A stretch of 64,000 nucleotides of DNA from an uncultured Clostridia bacterium. GTDB taxonomy: Bacteria > Bacillota > Clostridia > TANB77 > CAG-508. The notes under the pieces are model-generated. The model searched no databases and was not told the DNA's origin. It saw only the letters and a program-made list of their open reading frames with translations. This document shows positions 1 to 8,587 of the stretch, piece after piece. Position 1 is the first letter of the stretch. Each line of letters opens with the position of its first letter. The translations under genes were made by a program, and so were the position numbers. The stretch lies in NCBI GenBank assembly GCA_934120645.1, contig CAKOUO010000001.1, forward strand, positions 203,636 through 267,635. The letters run 5' to 3'.

Positions 1-1000
1 CTTCTATTTTTATGCCTTCTACTCTTCTACCTTTTCCTGTAGTTCCTGCTGTTTTTCCATCAACACAATAGCTTTGCCATCCTATATTTTGAACATGTGC
101 ACTATATTTTACATGTATATTTTTATCTAAGTTTATCTTTACTAAATATCCTTGTAATGTTTCATTGTCTTTTGACATTAAAAATATTTTTATGGTATGT
201 TCTCCTTGGTCTAAGTTTAATGATGTAAGGTTAATTTCAAATCCAGGTTGTGCATTTTGTTCTCTTGTTCCATATCCTGTTATTGCTTTTAAAACATCTT
301 CTCTATTAGTATATTTTATTAAACTTTTGTCTATCTCTTTATTATCTACTGTTGCTCTAATTGTAGTGTTTGCTACATTTGCCATTTTCCAGCCTGTAAC
401 TTTAATATTTTGATTTGTATAATATGTTTGCCCATTTGATGGTGTATCTACATGTAATATACCTTTTTTAACTTTTTTTACAATTTTTATTTGTATTGCT
501 TCTAATCGTAATCCTCTTCCTGTTGTTCCTGCAATCTCACCATCTGTTTTCCAATCTTGCCATCCTATGCTTTGAACATGTACTCTATAACTTACACTAT
601 ATTCGTCTGAATTTTTTAATTCTATTTTTATAGCTTCTAGTCTTCTTCCTTGGCCTTGTGTACCTGAAAGCGTTCCATTTTCTTTCCAATCTTGCCAACC
701 AACATTAGATATATGTGTTTGATATCTTATTTTTACATTTGCTGGTGCTCCATATAAATTTATATGAATAGCTTCTAATCGTAATCCTTTTCCTTGTGTA
801 CCTGATAATTCACCATCTTTTTTAGTAAAGGATTTTTCCCATCCTATATTTTGTATATGTGAATCATACATAACTCCTATTGTTGATTTTGTTTGGCTGT
901 CAGTTGCTTGATTTGTTCCAACTAATCCTAATATAAGTGCTATAATTAAAATTAATAGCATAGATATTTTTGATAGTATGTCTTTCTTTAGTTTATTCAT
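1..1000 (-). CDS. Secreted ChW-repeat (clostridial hydrophobic W) protein; the N-terminus is in the window and the 3' end runs off the window start
   Basis: Minus-strand start ATG at 1000 preceded by GAGGGGG RBS (rc of 1008-1014). N-terminal signal peptide MNKLKKDILSKISMLLILIIALILGLVG. At least five repeats of the motif H(I/V)QN(I/V)GWQ..K.DG..(A/S)GT.G.G.RLEAI.I.L, typical of ChW domains. Not in the ORF track because it has no stop in the window. Confidence 0.6.
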   Translation of the reverse strand, partial: MNKLKKDILSKISMLLILIIALILGLVGTNQATDSQTKSTIGVMYDSHIQNIGWEKSFTKKDGELSGTQGKGLRLEAIHINLYGAPANVKIRYQTHISNVGWQDWKENGTLSGTQGQGRRLEAIKIELKNSDEYSVSYRVHVQSIGWQDWKTDGEIAGTTGRGLRLEAIQIKIVKKVKKGILHVDTPSNGQTYYTNQNIKVTGWKMANVANTTIRATVDNKEIDKSLIKYTNREDVLKAITGYGTREQNAQPGFEINLTSLNLDQGEHTIKIFLMSKDNETLQGYLVKINLDKNIHVKYSAHVQNIGWQSYCVDGKTAGTTGKGRRVEGIKIE

Positions 1001-1112
1001 TTTTTATCCCCCTCATTTATAATATATACTAATATATACCAATGAAATCTAAAATAGTTTCATTTTTTAAAATTTATTTAATCTTTATAAAGTTGATTTA
1101 TAGAGTTGATTT

Positions 1113-2112
1113 TTATAAAAATGTAAAAGCCAAATAACTTACTAATGGAAAATGTAAAATCATAATTTCCTTGCATTTTCTTTTTCCAATTCCTTTAAAA
1201 TACATATATTTAAAATATTTATGTATTGGAAAATATATTATTTTTGATTTTTGTGAATTTTCAAAATATTGTATTACTTCATTTTCAGTTTTTGCCAATG
1301 TATTATTTGATATTTTTTTACTATATTCCTTGCACATTAGAACTCCAGCTAAATATGTATCAGTTATTACTTTATGTCTATATTTTAAATAAGATTTATA
1401 CCCATTTCCATTTTCTTTTTTCCATATTTTCATATTTTGCTTAAAACTTCTACCCCCAAAAGCATTATTACCATGAAGTCTATATTCAAATAATTGTTTA
1501 TCTATACAGTATATGCCTTTTAATTTACTAGCAATATAAAGAGAATGCCAGTCATGAGCAATTGTATTTTTAGAAAATGGTATCATTAAATCCTTTACTT
1601 GCTTTGTAAATAATTGACTACATCCAATAGCAATATGCCTTGAAAATGGTAAAATATCTTTATTATATTTTTCATTTAAAATTGGCATATTTTTATATCT
1701 TAAATAACTCTCATGCAATATTTTTCCATTTTCATCAATTTGTTTAGCATCACAATATACCAAATCAACATTTTTCTCTTTTAAAAGCTTTAAGCTCTCC
1801 TCTATTTTATTAGGATACCAAATATCATCATGATCACTAAAAGCAATATAATCAGACTCTGATTTTGATAAAACGAACTCAAAATTCTTTGTATATCCGT
1901 AAATTATGAGATTGAAAATACAATTCAATCCTACTATCCTTTTGTTCATACTCTTTTAAAAGCGACTTTACATCCTCATTTGGTGAACAATCATCTGAAA
2001 CAATCAACTTAAAATTTTTATATGATTGATTCAAAATACTATCCAACTGCATTTTCAAATATTCTATTTTTGTATTATAAGTTGTTAATAATATATCTAC
2101 TTTATCTTCCAT
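1113..2112 (-). pseudogene. Family 2 glycosyltransferase split into two overlapping ORFs (2112..1879 and 1949..1113) by an apparent 1-nt indel
   Basis: The upstream piece has the GT2 signature LIVSDDCSPNEDV...QSHNL. The downstream piece continues in another frame with GYTKNFEF...DYIAFSDHDDIWYPNKIE (DxD region). Joining at ...SHNL|GYTKNFEF restores a canonical GT2 N-terminus. The shift maps to TTACGGATA, about 1895-1905. Confidence 0.6.
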
Positions 2113-2140
2113 ACCTTTTCCTTTAACAAAAGTTCAACAT

Positions 2141-2300
2141 GTGGGTCAACGTGTTTGTCAACAGGTCAACAGGGACAGGCTAAAAATGTTACATTTTTTA
2201 TGTCCTTTTTTGTCGTTTTTTAGTTTTTTATTTTTCAACATTTTTCGATAATTATATGGAACATTTTTAGCCTGTCCCCTTTGACCACCTGTTGATCAAC
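2141..2300. repeat. Long imperfect inverted repeat (about 38-bp arms, 20-bp perfect core ggacaggctaaaaatgtt / aacatttttagcctgtcc) flanking an AT-rich spacer of about 70 bp; the left arm carries three GTCAAC direct repeats
   Basis: Read directly. The left arm at 2156-2190 is ttgtcaacaggtcaacagggacaggctaaaaatgtt. The right arm at 2260-2299 is its reverse complement with a few mismatches. Confidence 0.5.
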
Positions 2301-2368
2301 CATTGGTCTCTTGGTTTTATTTTACACTTTTTTATCTTATTAATCAATACTTTTTATATAATATTAAT

Positions 2369-3559
2369 TTACTTAACTGCATAATATTCTTTCCAATAGT
2401 TATCCCATACTAAATAATCACTTGTTGAGCCTCCAATTATTTCGCCAGTTGTGCAATCTACAAAATAACTATATTGTCCTTTTTGTGTTCTTTCAGCTAA
2501 GTTTTCAAATTCATTTTTATTTTCATCATTTTGTACTCCATATTTTAAAACAACAATCCAAACTCTTCTTACTCTATTGTCTGTTTTATATAAATAGCTT
2601 TCATTATCCGGTACATCTGTCTGCATCATAGGCTTATAATAATCATCTGTATATTTTAATCTTGCATATGCTTGGCCATTCATTTTTTCAATTCTGAGTT
2701 CAGCATTTACTCCAATAATATCTTTAGTTTCAACTTTTCTATCTTCATTTTTAGCAATTTCTATTGCTTGTTCTTTTGTTATTTCTATTGGATTATTTTC
2801 AAATTTATTATTTAAGACACTGTAGTTATATAATTGTTTATCTTTTGCTAAAAAATCTATTTCTACTGTTTCATAACTATTAGTTAATCCATCATAAATT
2901 TTACTAAATTGTGCATAAAAGTGATACCCAGAATCACCATTACCTTTCCCTTTTTTATCATTTGCACGTAATGAAACTAATTTATATTCTCCTTCTTTAT
3001 ATCCAAATTGATTATAAAAATCTTTTGCTACTTCTATTGCTTCTTTTCTAGTGATTGTATAATTTTCCCATTCTTGATTATATTTTCCTAATGCTAAATT
3101 TTCAAATTCTGATGTTTGTGCGTTTATTGATATTATCCATTTATTGTTTGTTTTAAAACAATATGATGTCATCATTTTGGTTTGGTCAGGTACATCTGTT
3201 GTTTCAACTATTATTTCGTTTGTAAAGCCTATTTCTTTCAACTTTTGTTCGGCTATTTTTTTAGCTTGTTCTTCTGTAATATATTGTTTTTCTTCAATTG
3301 GTTCTTGTTTTGCCTCTTCTAAGCTAATTCTTTCTGGTTCTTTCCATATTTTCTGATATATTTCATGTCCTGCAAAGCTAACTCCTCCTGCTATTAATAT
3401 CCCAGCACATGCTGTTGCACATACTTTTGTAAATTCTATTATTTTATTTTTTGTTTTTGTCTCCTTATATAATGCACCTTGTATTGTCTGTGTGAATTTT
3501 AATGGAACATTTTTATTTTCATTAAATTTTGACTCTATCTTTTTATCTAACTCATCCAT
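2369..3559 (-). CDS. Putative membrane anti-sigma factor with a short cytoplasmic N-terminus, one TM helix and an extracytoplasmic domain carrying about 3 PepSY-like repeats
   Basis: Translationally coupled to the upstream sigma gene (TAA-a-ATG). TM segment FTKVCATACAGILIAGGVSFAG. Repeated motifs TEEQAKKIAEQKLKEIG, TRKEAIEVAKDF and TKEQAIEIAKNE resemble PepSY. No zinc anti-sigma motif, so the assignment rests mainly on context. Confidence 0.45.
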   Translation of the reverse strand: MDELDKKIESKFNENKNVPLKFTQTIQGALYKETKTKNKIIEFTKVCATACAGILIAGGVSFAGHEIYQKIWKEPERISLEEAKQEPIEEKQYITEEQAKKIAEQKLKEIGFTNEIIVETTDVPDQTKMMTSYCFKTNNKWIISINAQTSEFENLALGKYNQEWENYTITRKEAIEVAKDFYNQFGYKEGEYKLVSLRANDKKGKGNGDSGYHFYAQFSKIYDGLTNSYETVEIDFLAKDKQLYNYSVLNNKFENNPIEITKEQAIEIAKNEDRKVETKDIIGVNAELRIEKMNGQAYARLKYTDDYYKPMMQTDVPDNESYLYKTDNRVRRVWIVVLKYGVQNDENKNEFENLAERTQKGQYSYFVDCTTGEIIGGSTSDYLVWDNYWKEYYAVK

Positions 3560-3560
3560 A

Positions 3561-4073
3561 TTAATTTTCCTCCTCTAGATATCTTCTTAACTTATTTTTT
3601 GCTCTTGATAATTTCGTTTTAATGGTATTTTCATTTTTGTTTAAAATTTTTGCTATTTCCTTTGTTGTATATCTTTCTAAATAATACAAAGTAACTATTA
3701 TTCTTTCGACATATTCTAATTTTGAAATTATTATATAAAAATCTATATCTGTTTGTATTTCGTTTTCTTTAATTTGATTTTCAAAGTCATTTTGTTCATA
3801 TGATATATTTTCTTTTTTGTTTTTTCTGTATTGTTTATTGCATTTATTTATTAAAATTTTTATTATCCATGTTTTAAAATATTGATTATGCTTTAATTTC
3901 TTTATTCCTTTATATGCTTCTATCATTGTTTCTTGTACTGTTTCATTTATGTCATCTTCATTGTATAATCTTGTTTTTGCAATTTTATATAATTCACTTT
4001 GTATATCTAATATTAGTCCGCGTAAAGGCTTGTTTATCTCCTTTTTTGGCTTTTTCTATTAATTCTTCCATTT
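3561..4073 (-). pseudogene. ECF-type sigma-70 family sigma factor with the N-terminal region 2 in a different frame (frameshift near 4020-4030). The intact ORF 3561..3926 encodes only region 2C-terminus/4
   Basis: Region 4 HTH: YVERIIVTLYYLERYTTKEIAKILNKNENTIKTKLSRAKNKL. Upstream, ATG 4073 gives MEELIEKAKKGDKQAFTR and then stops. The -1 frame continues as LILDIQSELYKIAKTRLYNEDDINETVQETMIEAYKG, in frame with the 3926 ORF, so there is one extra nucleotide around ACGCGGA. A possible TGAAAC -35 (rc of 4130-4135) lies upstream. Confidence 0.55.
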
Positions 4074-4288
4074 GTTTCCTCCATTTTCAAACGTTTGATA
4101 TCTATTAGAGTTTTTATTTTTAGTAAAAAGTTTCAATTTTATTATATTTTTTTATAAACATTTTTAAAGCTGTTGATTATTAACATAATTTATGCTAATA
4201 TATTAACATATCGAGTATATGCTCTCTTAGTAACTATTAACAAGTAACTGGAGGGCAAAACCTCCAGCACAATTTAGGAGGTAACATT

Positions 4289-4765
4289 ATGTGTGATACG
4301 TATCAATTCAGATTCGGATGTGACGAAAAACAACTTTCAAGAATCTTTAAAGATTCAGAAATTTCAAGGGCTTTTGAAACCGCTTTTATGGAGAATTACT
4401 GGCTTTTATTAAATCGTTTAAGAGAATATAAAGATTTTATACAATCCCAAAATGTTCCTAACAAAGATGGTACATTACCTTTTAATTTTGATAACTTAGA
4501 TGAAGATATAATAATCCAAAATTTCAAGCAGCGTTTACAGGTCCATATCTTGCATCTTGCAATTAATGATATTTTTTCATCAAAGTTAAGTATTAGGAAC
4601 AATATCCTAGAAAGACTCAATGTCAATTTTATTAAAGATAATATTTTAAGTGAACGTCTATTATTTTCATTTAATGAATCAGTTGGTGTATTAAATCCTA
4701 GCACAGGTGTTTATTGCAAAGGCGATGTTCCTGATGAATTCATATCTGAATTTTTACAAAAGTAA
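4289..4765 (+). CDS. Hypothetical protein (158 aa) of unknown function, divergent from the sigma/anti-sigma pair
   Basis: Strong RBS AGGAGGT 7 nt before the ATG. GC somewhat above neighbours. No family recognised by eye. A sigma-A-like promoter TTGATT-17-TAATAT lies at about 4172-4200. Confidence 0.5.
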   Translation: MCDTYQFRFGCDEKQLSRIFKDSEISRAFETAFMENYWLLLNRLREYKDFIQSQNVPNKDGTLPFNFDNLDEDIIIQNFKQRLQVHILHLAINDIFSSKLSIRNNILERLNVNFIKDNILSERLLFSFNESVGVLNPSTGVYCKGDVPDEFISEFLQK

Positions 4766-4770
4766 CATTA

Positions 4771-4806
4771 AAGGTAGATATAATGATAATTCTTATATCT
4801 ACCTTT
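4771..4806. terminator. Bidirectional rho-independent terminator hairpin (ggtagatata...tatatctacc + TTTT)
   Basis: A 10-bp stem and T-run between convergent genes. Confidence 0.45.
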
Positions 4807-4827
4807 TCACTCATTGTTTTTTTCAAA

Positions 4828-6018
4828 CTATTTTACTAATCTCAAAGTTTCTTTAGCTATCATTAATTCCTCATTTGTAGGAATAACATAAACTTTAATT
4901 TTTGAATCTGGTGTAGAAATAACTTTTTCTTCCCCTCTCATATTATTAGCGTCAACATCTAATTTAACACCCATAAATTCTAATTTTTCACAAATACCTT
5001 TACGGATATTAATTTGATTTTCACCAATTCCACCTGTAAATATAATGTAATCAACACCATTCATTGCAACTGCATATTTTGCAACATAACTTGCAATTGT
5101 ATAATTAAAGTTTTCAACTGCAATTCTAGCATCTGGTTGTCCTTCATTTGAAGCAATTTCTATTTCTCTAAAATCAGGAACTAAGTTAGACATACCAGAA
5201 AGTCCTGATTTTTTATTTAATAAATCTTCCATTTGTGCAGGTGTTAAATTTTCTTTTTTCATTATATATGTTACAACTGATGGATCTAAATCTCCACTTC
5301 TTGTAACCATTGGAAGTCCACCAAGTGGTGTTAATCCCATACTTGTATCTACTGATTTTCCGTCTTTTATAGCACATATACTTGAACCTTGTCCTAAGTG
5401 ACATGTTACAATTTTTGTACCTTCTAATGATTTATTTTCAACTTCAGCAAGTCTTTGTGATACAAACATATGTGATGTTCCATGGAATCCATATTTTCTT
5501 ACTCCATATTTTTTATAATATTCATATGGTATTGGGTAAATAAATTTATCTTTTGGCATTGTTTGATGGAACGCTGTATCAAATACCCCTACCATTGGTT
5601 TTCCTGGCATAACTTCTTGACATGCTTTAATTCCTAATATACAAGCTGGATTGTGTAAAGGTGCTAAGTCTGTATATTCTTCTAGAACTTTTATAACATT
5701 GTCATCAATTACAACAGATTCTGCAATTTTTTCTCCACCATGAACTAATCTATGTCCAATTGCATTTATTTCGTCTAAACTATCTATTACATTATATTCT
5801 GGGTTTGTAAATTGTTTTAATGTAAAATCTATTGCTTCTGAGTGATTGTATGCCGGATTTTTTATTTCTATTTTTTGTCCATTTACTTTATGTGTTATAA
5901 AAGCCTCTGCTTCTCCTATTCTTTCATATTTTCCAGAAGCCATTACTTCTTCTGTCTCCATATTTATTAATTGATATTTTAGTGATGAACTACCACAATT
6001 TAATACTAATATTTTCAT
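4828..6018 (-). CDS. ackA: Acetate kinase (second copy in the pta-ack-ack cluster)
   Basis: N-terminus MKILVLNCGSSSLKYQL. Acetokinase motifs are visible (HLGNG-type VTCHLGQGSS, DTAFHQTMP, IIFTGGIGEN). 396 aa. Confidence 0.85.
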   Translation of the reverse strand: MKILVLNCGSSSLKYQLINMETEEVMASGKYERIGEAEAFITHKVNGQKIEIKNPAYNHSEAIDFTLKQFTNPEYNVIDSLDEINAIGHRLVHGGEKIAESVVIDDNVIKVLEEYTDLAPLHNPACILGIKACQEVMPGKPMVGVFDTAFHQTMPKDKFIYPIPYEYYKKYGVRKYGFHGTSHMFVSQRLAEVENKSLEGTKIVTCHLGQGSSICAIKDGKSVDTSMGLTPLGGLPMVTRSGDLDPSVVTYIMKKENLTPAQMEDLLNKKSGLSGMSNLVPDFREIEIASNEGQPDARIAVENFNYTIASYVAKYAVAMNGVDYIIFTGGIGENQINIRKGICEKLEFMGVKLDVDANNMRGEEKVISTPDSKIKVYVIPTNEELMIAKETLRLVK

Positions 6019-6050
6019 TCTATTTTTCTCCTTCTACTTTTTTAATAAAT

Positions 6051-7262
6051 TTATGAAACATTTTTACACTGTTCCACTTGTTTCATTGTTTCTCTTGCTA
6101 TCATTAGTTCTTCATTTGTTGGAACTACATAGACTTTTACTTTTGAATCTTTTGCTGAAATTTCAACTTCTTCGCCTCTAATTTTATTTTTCTCATCATC
6201 TATTTTTACTCCAAAGAATTCTAATTGGTCGCAAATAGCTTTTCTAGATAATGGACCTTTTTCTCCAACACCTGCAGTAAATGTAAGTACATCAATTCCA
6301 CCCATAGCAACTGCACATTTTGCAACATATGATGCTGTTAGATAATGATAAATATCCAAAGCCATTTGTGCATGTGTTCCACCTGCTAGTGCTTCATTTT
6401 CAATGTCTCTAAAGTCTACTGATACACCTCTTGACATTCCATAAACTCCAGACTTTTTATTTAATATATCTTCCATTTGTTGTGGTGTTAGATTTTCTTT
6501 TTTCATTAAATATGTTACAACTGATGGGTCCAAATCTCCACTTCTTGTTCCCATTGGTATTCCTCCAAGTGGTGTAAGCCCCATACTTGTTTCTACAGAT
6601 TTACCATTTTGAATTGCACACACACTTGCCCCTTGTCCTAAATGACAATTTACTATTTTTAATTCTTTAATATCTTTTCCCATTATTTCTGCAACTCTAT
6701 ATGCAACATATTCATGAGATGTTCCATGAGCACCATATTTTCTAATTCCATATTTTTTATAATATTCATATGGAATTGGGTAAATATATCTTTCCTTTGG
6801 AATTGATTGATGGAATGCTGTATCAAATACTGCAACCATTGGAATATTTGGTGCTATTTTTTTACAAGCATTTATTCCCAAAATAGCTGCTGGGTTATGC
6901 AATGGTGCTAAATCACTACATTTTTCTATTTCAGATATAACATCATCTGTAATAAGAACTGGCTGAGAATATTTTTCTCCACCTTGAACAACTCTATGAC
7001 CAATTCCACCTAATTCATCTAAACTTTTAATTACACCATAATGATCATTTGTCAATCTATTAAATACAAATTCTAAAGCTTGTTCATGGTTTGATACACT
7101 TTTTTCAAATTTATGTTTTATTCCATTTACTTTATGTGTTAAAAAAGAATTTTGTTGTCCTATTCTTTCAAAATATCCCTTAACAAGCATTTCTTCTGTC
7201 TCCATATCAATCACTTGATATTTTAATGATGAACTTCCAGAGTTTAATACTAAAATTTTCAT
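6051..7262 (-). CDS. ackA: Acetate/propionate kinase paralog (first copy after pta); likely start at ATG 7262 (MKILVLNSGSSSLKYQV) with a GGAGG RBS
   Basis: Same family motifs (VNCHLGQGAS, DTAFHQSIP, LTFTAGVGEK). The ORF track extends to 7379, but the internal Met with RBS GAGGAGGTCTTAT-ATG fits the family N-terminus. Confidence 0.8.
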   Translation of the reverse strand: MKILVLNSGSSSLKYQVIDMETEEMLVKGYFERIGQQNSFLTHKVNGIKHKFEKSVSNHEQALEFVFNRLTNDHYGVIKSLDELGGIGHRVVQGGEKYSQPVLITDDVISEIEKCSDLAPLHNPAAILGINACKKIAPNIPMVAVFDTAFHQSIPKERYIYPIPYEYYKKYGIRKYGAHGTSHEYVAYRVAEIMGKDIKELKIVNCHLGQGASVCAIQNGKSVETSMGLTPLGGIPMGTRSGDLDPSVVTYLMKKENLTPQQMEDILNKKSGVYGMSRGVSVDFRDIENEALAGGTHAQMALDIYHYLTASYVAKCAVAMGGIDVLTFTAGVGEKGPLSRKAICDQLEFFGVKIDDEKNKIRGEEVEISAKDSKVKVYVVPTNEELMIARETMKQVEQCKNVS

Positions 7263-7281
7263 ATAAGACCTCCTCTTATCT

Positions 7282-7389
7282 TTTGTCCTTTTGGGGACGT
7301 TTCTCAAATGGACATTAACATAATTTATTTTTATTAAATATCGTTTTTTAAATAATGTCCATTTGAGAAACGTCCCCAAAAGGACAAAT
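7282..7389. repeat. Perfect 36-bp inverted repeat (tttgtccttttggggacgtttctcaaatggacatta / reverse complement) with a 36-nt AT-rich loop, sitting in the pta-ack intergenic region
   Basis: Read directly: 7282-7317 and 7354-7389 are exact reverse complements. Local GC is much higher than the surroundings. Confidence 0.75.
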
Positions 7390-7391
7390 TA

Positions 7392-8393
7392 TTATTTTTG
7401 TGCTTGTACTGCTGTTATCGCAATAACTCCAGCAATGTCTTGATAACTACATCCTCTTGATAAATCGTTTACAGGTTTTGCAATTCCTTGGCATAATGGG
7501 CCATAAGCTTCTGCTTTTGCTAATCTTTGTACTAATTTATATCCTATATTTCCAGCATCTAAATCTGGGAATATTAGTACATTAGCTTCACCAGCAACTA
7601 TGCTTCCTGGTGCTTTTGATTTTGCAACTTCTGGTATTATTGCTGCATCTAATTGTAGTTCACCATCTGCTTTTAATTCTGGTTCTTTTTCTTTTAACAA
7701 TTTAGTTGCTTCTATAACTTTTTCTGTTAATTCTGATTTTGCACTTCCATATGTTGAATAAGAAAGCATTGCAACTTTTGGTTCTTCACCAACAAGTTGT
7801 TTAAAGCTTTTGCTTGATGATATTGCTATTTCGGATAATTCATCTGGATTAGGGTTTGCATTTAATCCTGAATCTCCAAATATAAAAGTTCCTTTTTCTC
7901 CATATTCACAATTTGGAACAACCATAACAAAAAAAGCTGAAACTAATTTTGTATCTGGTGCTGTTTTTAAAATTTGTAATGCTGGTCTTAATGTATCTGC
8001 TGTTGAATGTGCTGCTCCTGAAACTAATCCGTCAGCTTTAGTTTCTTCATCTTTTACCATTAACATACCAAAATATACTGGATTTAGTATTATTTCTTTT
8101 GCTTGCTCTAATGTCATTCCTTTATGTTTTCTTAATTCATACAATAAATTGGCATATTTCTCATAATCTGGTGATGTTTGTGGTTCTATTATTGTTGCGC
8201 CTTCTATATTTACATTATTAGCTTTAGCTTTTTCTTTTATTTCTTTTTCATTTCCTATTAAAATTATATTTGCATATTTTTCTTTTAATGCTACTTCTGT
8301 TGCTTTTAGTGTTCGTATATCTTCTGCTTCTGGAAGTACAATTGTTTTTATGTCTTGTTTTGCTCTTTCTTTTATCTTTTCTATGAAATTCAT
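7392..8393 (-). CDS. pta: Phosphate acetyltransferase (short-form Pta, 333 aa)
   Basis: MNFIEKIKERAKQDIKTIVLPEAEDIRTLKA..., typical PTA_PTB family. C-terminus ...SRGCSYQDIAGVIAITAVQA. Confidence 0.85.
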   Translation of the reverse strand: MNFIEKIKERAKQDIKTIVLPEAEDIRTLKATEVALKEKYANIILIGNEKEIKEKAKANNVNIEGATIIEPQTSPDYEKYANLLYELRKHKGMTLEQAKEIILNPVYFGMLMVKDEETKADGLVSGAAHSTADTLRPALQILKTAPDTKLVSAFFVMVVPNCEYGEKGTFIFGDSGLNANPNPDELSEIAISSSKSFKQLVGEEPKVAMLSYSTYGSAKSELTEKVIEATKLLKEKEPELKADGELQLDAAIIPEVAKSKAPGSIVAGEANVLIFPDLDAGNIGYKLVQRLAKAEAYGPLCQGIAKPVNDLSRGCSYQDIAGVIAITAVQAQK

Positions 8394-8461
8394 TTTTTCT
8401 TTCCTTTCATTTTATCTATTATTTTGTCTTTTTTATATTTTTTATTATATATATAAATTGT

Positions 8462-8502
8462 AAAAAGTACAAGTCTTTTTGAAAAACTTGTACTTTTTAT
8501 TT
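8462..8502. terminator. Hairpin aaagtacaagtctttttgaaaaacttgtacttt with flanking T/A runs, between pta and spoIIIAH
   Basis: An 11-bp stem. It could terminate the upstream spoIIIA operon or act bidirectionally. Confidence 0.4.
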
Positions 8503-8587
8503 CTTTATAACATTTTTATTATTTTGCTAATACATAAGGGTTTGCTTCAGTTCCATTTCCAGTAGCTATATCTGTCTATATTATAAA

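Noticed and set aside
165-413. Plus-strand 82-aa ORF at the window start
   Set aside because: It lies antisense within the ChW-repeat gene, has no RBS and a hydrophobic low-complexity translation.
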